Positions 53,201-64,000 of a DNA stretch of 64,000 nucleotides are shown in pieces; within the stretch, counting starts at the first letter, position 1, and the number at the start of each line of letters is the position of its first letter. Below the pieces are notes generated by a model. It was not told the origin of the DNA. It did no database searches and was given only the letters and a program-made list of their open reading frames with translations. The translations under genes were made by a program, and so were the position numbers. Source of the stretch: the human T2T-CHM13v2.0 reference genome, Homo sapiens; assembly GCF_009914755.1 (NCBI RefSeq), contig NC_060942.1. One strand, 5' to 3'.

Positions 53201-56200
53201 ACTTGTTTGGATGTGTGCCCTCTACTGACACAGTTGAACCTTTCTTTTCATAGAGCAGTTTCGAAACACTCTTTTTGTACAATCTGCAAGAGGATATTTG
53301 CATAGCTTTGAGGATTTCGTGGGAAACGGGATTGTCTTCAGGTAAAATCTAGACAGAAGCATTCTCAGAAACTTCTTTGGGATGTTTGCATTCAAGTCAC
53401 AGAGTAGAACATTCCCTTTGGTAGAGCAGGTTTGAAACACTCTTTTTGTAGTGTGTGTAAGTGGACATTTGGAGCGCTTTCAGGCCTACGTTGGAAAAGG
53501 AAATATCTTCCCATAAAAACTAGACAGAAACATTGTCAGAAACTAGTTTCTGATGTGTGTCCTCAACTAACACAGTTGAACATTTCTTTAGACAGAACAG
53601 TTTTGAAACACTCTTTTTGTGGAATCTGCAAGTGGATATTTGGCTAGATTTGAGGATTTCGTTGGAAACGGGATTACATATAAAAAGCAGACAGCAGCAT
53701 TCTCAGAAACTTCTTTGTGATGATTGCATTCAAGTCACAGAATTGAACATTCCCTTTCACAGAGCAGGTTTGAAACACTCTTTTTGTAGTGTGTGTAAGT
53801 GGACATTTGGAGCGCTTTTCGGCCTAAGGTGAACAAGGAAATATCTTCCCATAAAAACTAGACAGAAGCATTCTCAGAAACTTACTCGTGATGTGTGTCC
53901 TCAACTAAAGGAGTAGAACCTTTCTTTTCATAGAGAAGTTTTGAAACGCTCTTTTTGTGGAATCTGCAAGTGGATATTTGGCTAGTTTGGAGGATTTCGT
54001 TGGAAGCGGGAATTCATACAAATTGCAGACTGCAGCGTTCTGAGAAACATCTTTGTGATGTTTGTATTCAGGACACAGAGTTGAACATTCCCTATCATAG
54101 AGCAGGTTGGAATCACTCCTTTTGTAGTATCTGGAAGTGGACATTTGGAGCGCTTTCAGGCCTATGTTGGAAAAGGAAATATCTTCCCATAACAACTAGA
54201 CAGAAGCATTCTCAGAAACTTATTTGAGATGTGTGTACTCAACTAAGAGAATTGAACCACCGTTTTGAAGGAGCAGTTTTGAAACACTCTTTTTCTGGAA
54301 TCTGCAAGTGGATATTTGGCTAGCTTTGGGGATTTCGCTGGAAGCGGGAATACATATAAAAAGCACACAGCAGCGTTCTGAGAAACTGCTTTCTGATGTT
54401 TGCATTCAAGTCAAAAGTTGAACACTCCCTTTCATAGAGCAGTCTTGAAACACCCCTTTTGTAGTATCTGGAACTGGACATTTGGAGAGCTTTCAGGGCT
54501 AAGGTGAAAAAGGAAATATCTTCCCATAAAAACTGGACAGAAGCATTCTCAGAAACTTGTTTATGCTGTATCTACTCAACTAACAAAGTTGAACCTTTCT
54601 TTTGATAGAGCAGTTTTGAAATGCTCTTTTTGTGGAATCTGCAAGTGGATATTTGGCTAGGTTAGAGGATTTCGTTGGAAGCGGGAATTCATACAAATTG
54701 CAGACTGCAGCGTTCTGAGAAACATCTTTGTGATGTTTGTATTCAGGACACAGAGTTGAACATTCCCTATCATAGAGCAGGTTGGAATCACTCCTTTTGT
54801 AGTATCTGGAAGTGGACATTTGGAGCGCTTTCAGGCCTATGTTGAAAAAGGAAATATCTTCCCATAACAACTAGGCAGAAGCATTCTCAGAAACTTGTTT
54901 GTGATGTGTGCCCTCTACTGACACAGTTGAACCTTTCTTTTCATAGAGCAGTTTCGAAACACTCTTTTTGTAGAATCTGCAAGAGGATATTTGCATAGCT
55001 TTGAGGATTTCGTGGGAAACGGGATTGTCTTCAGGTAAAATCTAGACAGAAGCATTCTCAGAAACTTCTTTGGGATGTTTGCATTCAAGTCACAGAGTAG
55101 AACATTCCCTTTGGTAGAGCAGGTTTGAAACACTCTTTTTGTAGTGTGTGTAAGTGGACATTTGGAGCGCTTTCAGGCCTACGTTGGAAAAGGAAATATC
55201 TTCCCATAACAACTAGACAGAAGCATTCTCAGAAACTAGTTTCTGATGTGTGTCCTCAACTAACACAGTTGAACATTTCTTTAGACAGAACAGTTTTGAA
55301 ACACTCTTTTTGTGGAATCTGCAAGTGGATATTTGGCTAGATTTGAGGATTTCGTTGGAAACGGGATTACATATAAAAAGCAGACAGCAGCATTCTCAGA
55401 AACTTCTTTGTGATGATTGCATTGAAGTCACAGAATTGAACATTCCCTTTCACAGAGCAGGTTTGAAACACTCTTTTTGTAGTGTGTGTAAGTGGACATT
55501 TGGAGCGCTTTCCGGCCTAAGGTGAACAAGGAAATATCTTCCCATAAAAACTAGACAGAAGCATTCTCAGAAACTTACTCGTGATGTGTGTCCTCAACTA
55601 AAGGAGTAGAACCTTTCTTTTCATAGAGAAGTTTTGAAACGCTCTTTTTGTGGAATCTGCAAGTGGATATTTGGCTAGTTTGGAGGATTTCGTTGGAAGC
55701 GGGAATTCATACAAATTGCAGACTGCAGCGTTCTGAGAAACATCTTTGTGATGTTTGTATTCAGGACACAGAGTTGAACATTCCCTATCATAGAGCAGGT
55801 TGGAATCACTCCTTTTGTAGTATCTGGAAGTGGACATTTGGAGCGCTTTCAGGCCTATGTTGAAAAAGGAAATATCTTCCCATAACAACTAGGCAGAAGC
55901 ATTCTCAGAAACTTGTTTGTGATGTGTGCCCTCTACTGACACAGTTGAACCTTTCTTTTCATAGAGCAGTTTCGAAACACTCTTTTTGTACAATCTGCAA
56001 GAGGATATTTGCATAGCTTTGAGGATTTCGTGGGAAACGGGATTGTCTTCAGGTAAAATCTAGACAGAAGCATTCTCAGAAACTTCTTTGGGATGTTTGC
56101 ATTCAAGTCACAGAGTAGAACATTCCCTTTGGTAGAGCAGGTTTGAAACACTCTTTTTGTAGTGTGTGTAAGTGGACATTTGGAGCGCTTTCAGGCCTAC

Positions 56201-59200
56201 GTTGGAAAAGGAAATATCTTCCCATAACAACTAGACAGAAGCATTCTCAGAAACTAGTTTCTGATGTGTGTCCTCAACTAACACAGTTGAACATTTCTTT
56301 AGACAGAACAGTTTTGAAACACTCTTTTTGTGGAATCTGCAAGTGGATATTTGGCTAGATTTGAGGATTTCGTTGGAAACGGGATTACATATAAAAAGCA
56401 GACAGCAGCATTCTCAGAAACTTCTTTGTGATGATTGCATTCAAGTCACAGAATTGAACATTCCTTTTCACAGAGCAGGTTTGAAACACTCTTTTTCTAG
56501 TGTGTGTAAGTGGACATTTGGAGCGCTTTCCGGCCTAAGGTGAACAAGGAAATATCTTCCCATAAAAACTAGACAGAAGCATTCTCAGAAACTTACTCGT
56601 GATGTGTGTCCTCAACTAAAGGAGTAGAACCTTTCTTTTCATAGAGAAGTTTTGAAACGCTCTTTTTGTGGAATCTGCAAGTGGATATTTGGCTAGTTTG
56701 GAGGATTTCGTTGGAAGCGGGAATTCATACAAATTGCAGACTGCAGCGTTCTGAGAAACATCTTTGTGATGTTTGTATTCAGGACACAGAGTTGAACATT
56801 CCCTATCATAGAGCAGGTTGGAATCACTCCTTTTGTAGTATCTGGAAGTGGACATTTGGAGCGCTTTCAGGCCTATGTTGGAAAAGGAAATATCTTCCCA
56901 TAACAACTAGACAGAAGCATTCTCAGAAACTTATTTGAGATGTGTGTACTCAACTAAGAGAATTGAACCACCGTTTTGAAGGAGCAGTTTTGAAACACTC
57001 TTTTTCTGGAATCTGCAAGTGGATATTTGGCTAGCTTTGGGGATTTCGCTGGAAGCGGGAATACATATAAAAAGCACACAGCAGCGTTCTGAGAAACTGC
57101 TTTCTGATGTTTGCATTCAAGTCAAAAGTTGAACACTCCCTTTCATAGAGCAGTCTTGAAACACCCCTTTTGTAGTATCGGGAACTGGACATTTGGAGCG
57201 CTTTCAGGGCTAAGGTGAAAAAGGAAATATCTTCCCATAAAAACTGGACAGAAGCATTCTCAGAAACTTGTTTATGCTGTATCTACTCAACTAACAAAGT
57301 TGAACCTTTCTTTTGATAGAGCAGTTTTGAAATGCTCTTTTTGTGGAATCTGCAAGTGGATATTTGGCTAGGTTTGAGGATTTCGTTGGAAGCGGGAATT
57401 CATACAAATTGCAGACTGCAGCGTTCTGAGAAACGTCTTTGTGATGTTTGTATTCAGGACACAGAGTTGAACATTCCCTATCATAGAGAAGGCTGGAATC
57501 ACTCCTTTTGTAGTATCTGGAAGTCGACATTTGGAGCGCTTTCAGGCCTATGTTGAAAAAGGAAATATCTTCCCATAACAACTAGGCAGAAGCATTCTCA
57601 GAAACTTGTTTGTGATGTGTGCCCTCTACTGACACAGTTGAACCTTTCTTTTCATAGAGCAGTTTCGAAACACTCTTTTTGTAGAATCTGCAAGAGGATA
57701 TTTGCATAGCTTTGAGGATTTCGTGGGAAACGGGATTGTCTTCAGGTAAAATCTAGACAGAAGCATTCTCAGAAACTTCTTTGGGATGTTTGCATTCAAG
57801 TCACAGAGTAGAACATTCCCTTTGGTAGAGCAGGTTTGAAACACTCTTTTTGTAGTGTGTGTAAGTGGACATTTGGAGCGCTTTCTGGCCTACGTTGGAA
57901 AAGGAAATATCTTCCCATAACAACTAGACAGAAGCATTCTCAGAAACTAGTTTCTGATGTGTGTCCTCAACTAACACAGTTGAACATTTCTTTAGACAGA
58001 ACAGTTTTGAAACACTCTTTTTGTGGAATCTGCAAGTGGATATTTGGCTACATTTGAGGATTTCGTTGGAAACGGGATTACATATAAAAAGCAGACAGCA
58101 GCATTCTCAGAAACTTCTTTGTGATGATTGCCTTCAAGTCACAGAATTGAACATTCCTTTTCACAGAGCAGGTTTGAAACACTCTTTTTCTAGTGTGTGT
58201 AAGTGGACATTTGGAGCGCTTTCCGGCCTAAGGTGAACAAGGAAATATCTTCCCATAAAAACTAGACAGAAGCATTCTCAGAAAATTACTCGTGATGTGT
58301 GTCCTCAACTAAAGGAGTAGAACCTTTCTTTTCATAGAGAAGTTTTGAAACGCTCTTTTTGTGGAATCTGCAAGTGGATATTTGGCTAGTTTGGAGGATT
58401 TCGTTGGAAGCGGGAATTCATACAAATTGCAGACTGCAGCGTTCTGAGAAACATCTTTGTGATGTTTGTATTCAGGACACAGAGTTGAACATTCCCTATC
58501 ATAGAGCAGGTTGGAATCACTCCTTTTGTAGTATCTGGAAGTGGACATTTGGAGCGCTTTCAGGCCTATGTTGGAAAAGGAAATATCTTCCCATAACAAC
58601 TAGACAGAAGCATTCTCAGAAACTTATTTGAGATGTGTGTACGCAACTAGGAGAATTGAACCACCGTTTTGAAGGAGCAGTTTTGAAACACTCTTTTTCT
58701 GGAATCTGCAAGTGGATATTTGGCTAGCTTTGGGGATTTCGCTGGAAGCGGGAATACATATAAAAAGCACACAGCAGCGTTCTGAGAAACTGCTTTCTGA
58801 TGTTTGCATTCAAGTCAAAAGTTGAACACTCCCTTTCATAGAGCAGTCTTGAAACACCCCTTTTGTAGTATCGGGAACTGGACATTTGGAGCGCTTTCAG
58901 GGCTAAGGTGAAAAAGGAAATATCTTCCCATAAAAACTGGACAGAAGCATTCTCAGAAACTTGTTTATGCTGTATCTACTCAACTAACAAAGTTGAACCT
59001 TTCTTTTGATAGAGCAGTTTTGAAATGCTCTTTTTGTGCAATCTGCAAGTGGATATTTGGCTAGTTTTGAGGATTTCGTTGGAAGCGGGAATTCATACAA
59101 ATTGCAGACTGCAGCGTTCTGAGAAACGTCTTTGTGATGTTTGTATTCAGGACACAGAGTTGAACATTCCCTATCATAGAGAAGGCTGGAATCACTCCTT

Positions 59201-62200
59201 TTGTAGTATCTGGAAGTCGACATTTGGAGCGCTTTCAGGCCTATGTTGAAAAAGGAAATATCTTCCCATAACAACTAGGCAGAAGCATTCTCAGAAACTT
59301 GTTTGTGATGTGTGCCCTCTACTGACACAGTTGAACCTTTCTTTTCATAGAGCAGTTTCGAAACACTCTTTTTGTAGAATCTGCAAGAGGATATTTGCAT
59401 AGCTTTGAGGATTTCGTGGGAAACGGGATTGTCTTCAGGTAAAATCTAGACAGAAGCATTCTCAGAAACTTCTTTGGGATGTTTGCATTCAAGTCACAGA
59501 GTAGAACATTCCCTTTGGTAGAGCAGGTTTGAAACACTCTTTTTGTAGTGTGTGTAAGTGGACATTTGGAGCGCTTTCTGGCCTACGTTGGAAAAGGAAA
59601 TATCTTCCCATAACAACTAGACAGAAGCATTCTCAGAAACTAGTTTCTGATGTGTGTCCTCAACTAACACAGTTGAACATTTCTTTAGACAGAACAGTTT
59701 TGAAACACTCTTTTTGTGGAATCTGCAAGTGGATATTTGGCTACATTTGAGGATTTCGTTGGAAACGGGATTACATATAAAAAGCAGACAGCAGCATTCT
59801 CAGAAACTTCTTTGTGATGATTGCATTCAAGTCACAGAATTGAACATTCCTTTTCACAGAGCAGGTTTGAAACACTCTTTTTCTAGTGTGTGTAAGTGGA
59901 CATTTGGAGCGCTTTCCGGCCTAAGGTGAACAAGGAAATATCTTCCCATAAAAACTAGACAGAAGCATTCTCAGAAACTTACTCGTGATGTGTGTCCTCA
60001 ACTAAAGGAGTAGAACCTTTCTTTTCATAGAGAAGTTTTGAAACGCTCTTTTTGTGGAATCTGCAAGTGGATATTTGGCTAGTTTGGAGGATTTCGTTGG
60101 AAGCGGGAATTCATACAAATTGCAGACTGCAGCGTTCTGAGAAACATCTTTGTGATGTTTGTATTCAGGACACAGAGTTGAACATTCCCTATCATAGAGC
60201 AGGTTGGAATCACTCCTTTTGTAGTATCTGGAAGTGGACATTTGGAGCGCTTTCAGGCCTATGTTGGAAAAGGAAATATCTTCCCATAACAACTAGACAG
60301 AAGCATTCTCAGAAACTTATTTGAGATGTGTGTACTCAACTAAGAGAATTGAACCACCGTTTTGAAGGAGCAGTTTTGAAACACTCTTTTTCTGGAATCT
60401 GCAAGTGGATATTTGGCTAGCTTTGGGGATTTCGCTGGAAGCGGGAATACATATAAAAAGCACACAGCAGCGTTCTGAGAAACTGCTTTCTGATGTTTCC
60501 ATTCAAGTCAAAAGTTGAACACTCCCATTCATAGAGCAGTCTTGAAACACCCCTTTTGTAGTATCGGGAACTGGACATTTGGAGCGCTTTCAGGGCTAAG
60601 GTGAAAAAGGAAATATCTTCCCATAAAAACTGGACAGAAGCATTCTCAGAAACTTGTTTATGCTGTATCTACTCAACTAACAAAGTTGAACCTTTCTTTT
60701 GATAGAGCAGTTTGAAATGCTCTTTTTGTGGAATCTGCAAGTGGATATTTGGCTAGGTTTGAGGATTTCGTTGGAAGCGGGAATTCATACAAATTGCAGA
60801 CTGCAGCGTTCTGAGAAACGTCTTTGTGATGTTTGTATTCAGGACACAGAGTTGAACATTCCCTATCATAGAGCAGGTTGGAATCACTCCTTTTGTAGTA
60901 TCTGGAAGTGGACATTTGGAGCGCTTTCAGGCCTAAGTTGAAAAAGGAAATATCTTCCCATAACAACTAGACAGAAGCATTCTCAGAAACTTGTTTGTGA
61001 TGTGTGCCCTCTACTGACACAGTTGAATCTTTCTTTTCATAGAGCAGTTTCGAAACACTCTTTTTGTAGAATCTGCAAGAGGATATTTGCATAGCTTTGA
61101 GGATTTCGTGGGAAACGGGATTGTCTTCAGGTAAAATCTAGACAGAAGCATTCTCAGAAACTTCTTTGGGATGTTTGCATTCAAGTCACAGAGTAGAACA
61201 TTCCCTTTGGTAGAGCAGGTTTGAAACACTCTTTTTGTAGTGTGTGTAAGTGGACATTTGGAGCGCTTTCAGGCCTACGTTGGAAAAGGAAATATCTTCC
61301 CATAACAACTAGACAGAAGCATTCTCAGAAACTAGTTTCTGATGTGTGTCCTCAACTAACACAGTTGAACATTTCTTTAGACAGAACAGTTTTGAAACAC
61401 TCTTTTTGTGGAATCTGCAAGTGGATATTTGGCTAGATTTGAGGATTTCGTTGGAAACGGGATTACATATAAAAAGCAGACAGCAGCATTCTCAGAAACT
61501 TCTTTGTGATGATTGCATTCAAGTCACAGAATTGAACATTCCCTTTCACAGAGCAGGTTTGAAACACTCTTTTTCTAGTGTGTGTAAGTGGACATTTGGA
61601 GCGCTTTCCAGCCTAAGGTGAACAAGGAAATATCTTCCCATAAAAACTAGACAGAAGCATTCTCAGAAACTTACTCGTGATGTGTGTCCTCAACTAAAGG
61701 AGTAGAACCTTTCTTTTCATAGAGAAGTTTTGAAACGCTCTTTTTGTGGAATCTGCAAGTGGATATTTGGCTAGTTTTGAGGATTTCGTTGGAAGCGGGA
61801 ATTCATACAAATTGCAGACTGCAGCGTTCTGAGAAACATCTTTGTGATGTTTGTATTCAGGACACAGAGTTGAAAATTCCCTATCATAGAGCAGGTTGGA
61901 ATCACTCCTTTTGTAGTATCTGGAAGTGGACATTTGGAGCGCTTTCAAGCCTATGTTGGAAAAGGAAATATCTTCCCATAACAACTAGACAGAAGCATCC
62001 TCAGAAACTTATTTGAGATGTGTGTACTCAACTATGAGAATTGAACCACCGTTTTGAAGGAGCAGTTTTGAAACACTCTTTTTCTGGAATCTGCAAGTGG
62101 ATATTTGGCTAGCTTTGGGGATTTCGCTGGAAGCGGGAATACATATAAAAAGCACACAGCAGCGTTCTGAGAAACTGCTTTCTGATGTTTGCATTCAAGT

Positions 62201-63688
62201 CAAAAGTTGAACACCCCCTTTCATAGAGCAGTCTTGAAACACCCCTTTTGTAGTATCTGGAACTGGACATTTGGAGCGCTTTCAGGGCTAAGGTGAAAAA
62301 GGAAATATCTTCCCATAAAAACTGGACAGAAGCATTCTCAGAAACTGGTTTATGCTGTATCTACTCAACTAACAAAGTTGAACCTTTCTTTTGATAGAGC
62401 AGTTTTGAAATGCTCTTTTTGTGGAATCTGCAAGTGGATATTTGGCTAGGTTTGAGGATTTCGTTGGAAGCGGGAATTCATACAAATTGCAGACTGCACC
62501 GTTCTCAGAAAAATCTTTGTGATGTCTGTATTCAGGACACAGAGTTGAACATTCCCTATCATAGAGCAGGTTGGAATCACTCCTTTTGTAGTATCTGGAA
62601 GTGGACATTTGGAGCGCTTTCAGGCCTATGTTGAAAAAGGAAATATCTTCCCATAACAACTAGGCAGAAGCATTCTCAGAAACTTGTTTGTGATGTGTGC
62701 CCTCTACTGACACAGTTGAACCTTTCTTTTCATAGAGCAGTTTCGAAACACTCTTTTTGTAGAATCTGCAAGAGGATATTTGCTTAGCTTTGAGGATTTC
62801 GTGGGAAACGGGATTGTCTTCAGGTAAAATCTAGACAGAAGCATTCTCAGAAACTTCTTTGGGATGTTTGCATTCAAGTCACAGAGTAGAACATTCCCTT
62901 TGGTAGAGCAGGTTTGAAACACTCTTTTTGTAGTGTGTGTAAGTGGACATTTGGAGCGCTTTCAGGCCTACGTTGGAAAAGGAAATATCTTCCCATAACA
63001 ACTAGACAGAAGCATTCTCAGAAACTAGTTTCTGATGTGTGTCCTCAACTAACACAGTTGAACATTTCTTTAGACAGAACAGTTTTGAAACACTCTTTTT
63101 GTGGAATCTGCAAGTGGATATTTGGCTAGATTTGAGGATTTCGTTGGAAACGGGATTACATATAAAAAGCAGACAGCAGCATTCTCAGAAACTTCTTTGT
63201 GATGATTGCATTCAAGTCACAGAATTGAACATTCCCTTTCACAGAGCAGGTTTGAAACACTCTTTTTCTAGTGTGTGTAAGTGGACATTTGGAGCGCTTT
63301 CCGGCCTAAGGTGAACAAGGAAATATCTTCCCATAAAAACTAGACTGAAGCATTCTCAGAAACTTACTCGTGATGTGTGTCCTCAACTAAAGGAGTAGAA
63401 CCTTTCTTTTCATAGAGAAGTTTTGAAACGCTCTTTTTGTGGAATCTGCAAGTGGATATTTGGCTAGTTTGGAGGATTTCGTTGGAAGCGGGAATTCATA
63501 CAAATTGCAGACTGCAGCGTTCTGAGAAACATCTTTGTGATGTTTGTATTCAGGACACAGAGTTGAACATTCCCTATCATAGAGCAGGTTGGAATCACTC
63601 CTTTTGTACTATCTGGAAGTGGACATTTGGAGCGCTTTCAGGCCTATGTTGAAAAAGGAAATATCTTCCCATAACAACTAGACAGAAG
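38286..63688 (+). repeat. 10-mer/6-mer HOR zone: 10,10,6,6,10,6,10,10,10,10,10,6,10,10,10,10,6
   Basis: Monomer a starts at 38286, 39979, 41672, 42690, 43708, 45401, 46419, 48112, 49805, 51498, 53190, 54882, 55900, 57593, 59286, 60978 and 62671. A partial unit begins at 63689. Confidence 0.92.
42833..48111 (+). repeat. Tandem duplication of a 6-mer+10-mer block (period 2711 bp)
   Basis: Private variants recur at +2711: ggatatcgttgg (43155/45866), ggattagaac (43411/46122), ggacgcagag (43572/46283), gggaactcat (44527/47238), gggctcaagtg (45015/47726) and agagtagaacattccctatc (45271/47982). Confidence 0.92.
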
Positions 63689-64000
63689 CATTCTCAGAAA
63701 CTTGTTTGTGATGTGTGCCCTCTACTGACACAGTTGAACCTTTCTTTTCATAGAGCAGTTTCGAAACACTCTTTTTGTAGAATCTGCAAGAGGATATTTG
63801 CATAGATTTGAGGATTTCGTGGGAAACGGGATTGTCTTCAGGTAAAATCTAGACAGAAGCATTCTCAGAAACTTCTTTGGGATGTTTGAATTCAAGTCAC
63901 AGAGTAGAACATTCCCTTTGGTAGAGCAGGTTTGAAACACTCTTTTTGTAGTGTGTGTAAGTGGACATTTGGAGCGCTTTCAGGCCTACGTTGGAAAAGG

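Larger units (their letters stand above)
1..64000 (+). repeat. Alpha satellite HOR array, dimeric SF2-type, single orientation; probably human chr18 D18Z1-related
   Basis: Tandem 167-171 bp monomers with the alphoid motifs cattctcagaaact, gaaacactctttttgt and gtggatatttgg/gtggacatttgg. A CENP-B box occurs in every second monomer, alternating with a pJalpha-like segment (e.g. ctaaggtgaaaaaggaa). Alpha satellite identity is certain. The chromosome assignment is from recall and is less sure (~0.7). Confidence 0.99.

Noticed and set aside
53-63940. Hundreds of 60-110 aa ORFs on both strands (MFQTCSTKGN..., MLWEDISF..., MSSTNTVEH...)
   Set aside because: They recur with HOR periodicity, overlap in several frames, mostly use non-ATG starts, and are freely broken by SNVs and indels. 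They are translations of satellite DNA, not genes.
1-64000. CRISPR-like pattern: conserved agacagaagcattctcagaaact motif with variable intervening sequence
   Set aside because: The intervening sequences are homologous ~150-bp monomer bodies that repeat in fixed order, not unique spacers. There are no cas genes or leader.
1-64000. Possible L1/Alu insertion, inversion or non-satellite island
   Set aside because: Monomer-a spacings are all sums of monomer lengths within a few bp and the orientation never changes. I saw no poly-A tail or foreign sequence.
1-64000. Possibility that this is a computationally modelled centromere sequence (GRCh38-style model)
   Set aside because: Private variants stay linked over 2.7-13 kb with exact offsets, which short-range monomer-adjacency models would not be expected to produce. 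It looks like a real long-read assembly, though this is unverified.

Overview
The whole 64-kb window is one uninterrupted, single-orientation array of primate centromeric alpha satellite, about 378 monomers of 167-171 bp. CENP-B-box (B-type) monomers alternate with pJalpha-type (A-type) monomers, as in dimeric suprachromosomal family 2 (SF2). I found no genes, RNA genes, transposon insertions, CRISPR arrays or inversions. All listed ORFs are chance read-throughs of the satellite. I label monomers a-j from each c[ag]ttct[cg]agaaac start (a171 b171 c167 d171 e167 f171 g167 h170 i167 j171). On that basis I parse 42 complete higher-order repeat (HOR) units: 26 10-mers (~1693 bp), nine 6-mers (1018 bp), three 8-mers, three 12-mers and one 2-mer. 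The first unit (20-2053) is a 12-mer that resembles human chromosome 18 D18Z1 (recognised from memory, not searched). All later units are 10-mer derivatives, so the window may be the edge of a 12-mer array passing into a 10-mer domain. Private SNVs and indels reveal nested duplications (6768 bp, 2711 bp, ~1693 bp, and a 9826/13210-bp dispersed copy), haplotype layers, and hybrid monomers whose breakpoints fall in a few tracts of internal identity. I see no evidence for a new gene-encoded system. The interest lies in how the satellite rearranges itself. Counts were made by eye and breakpoints are approximate.
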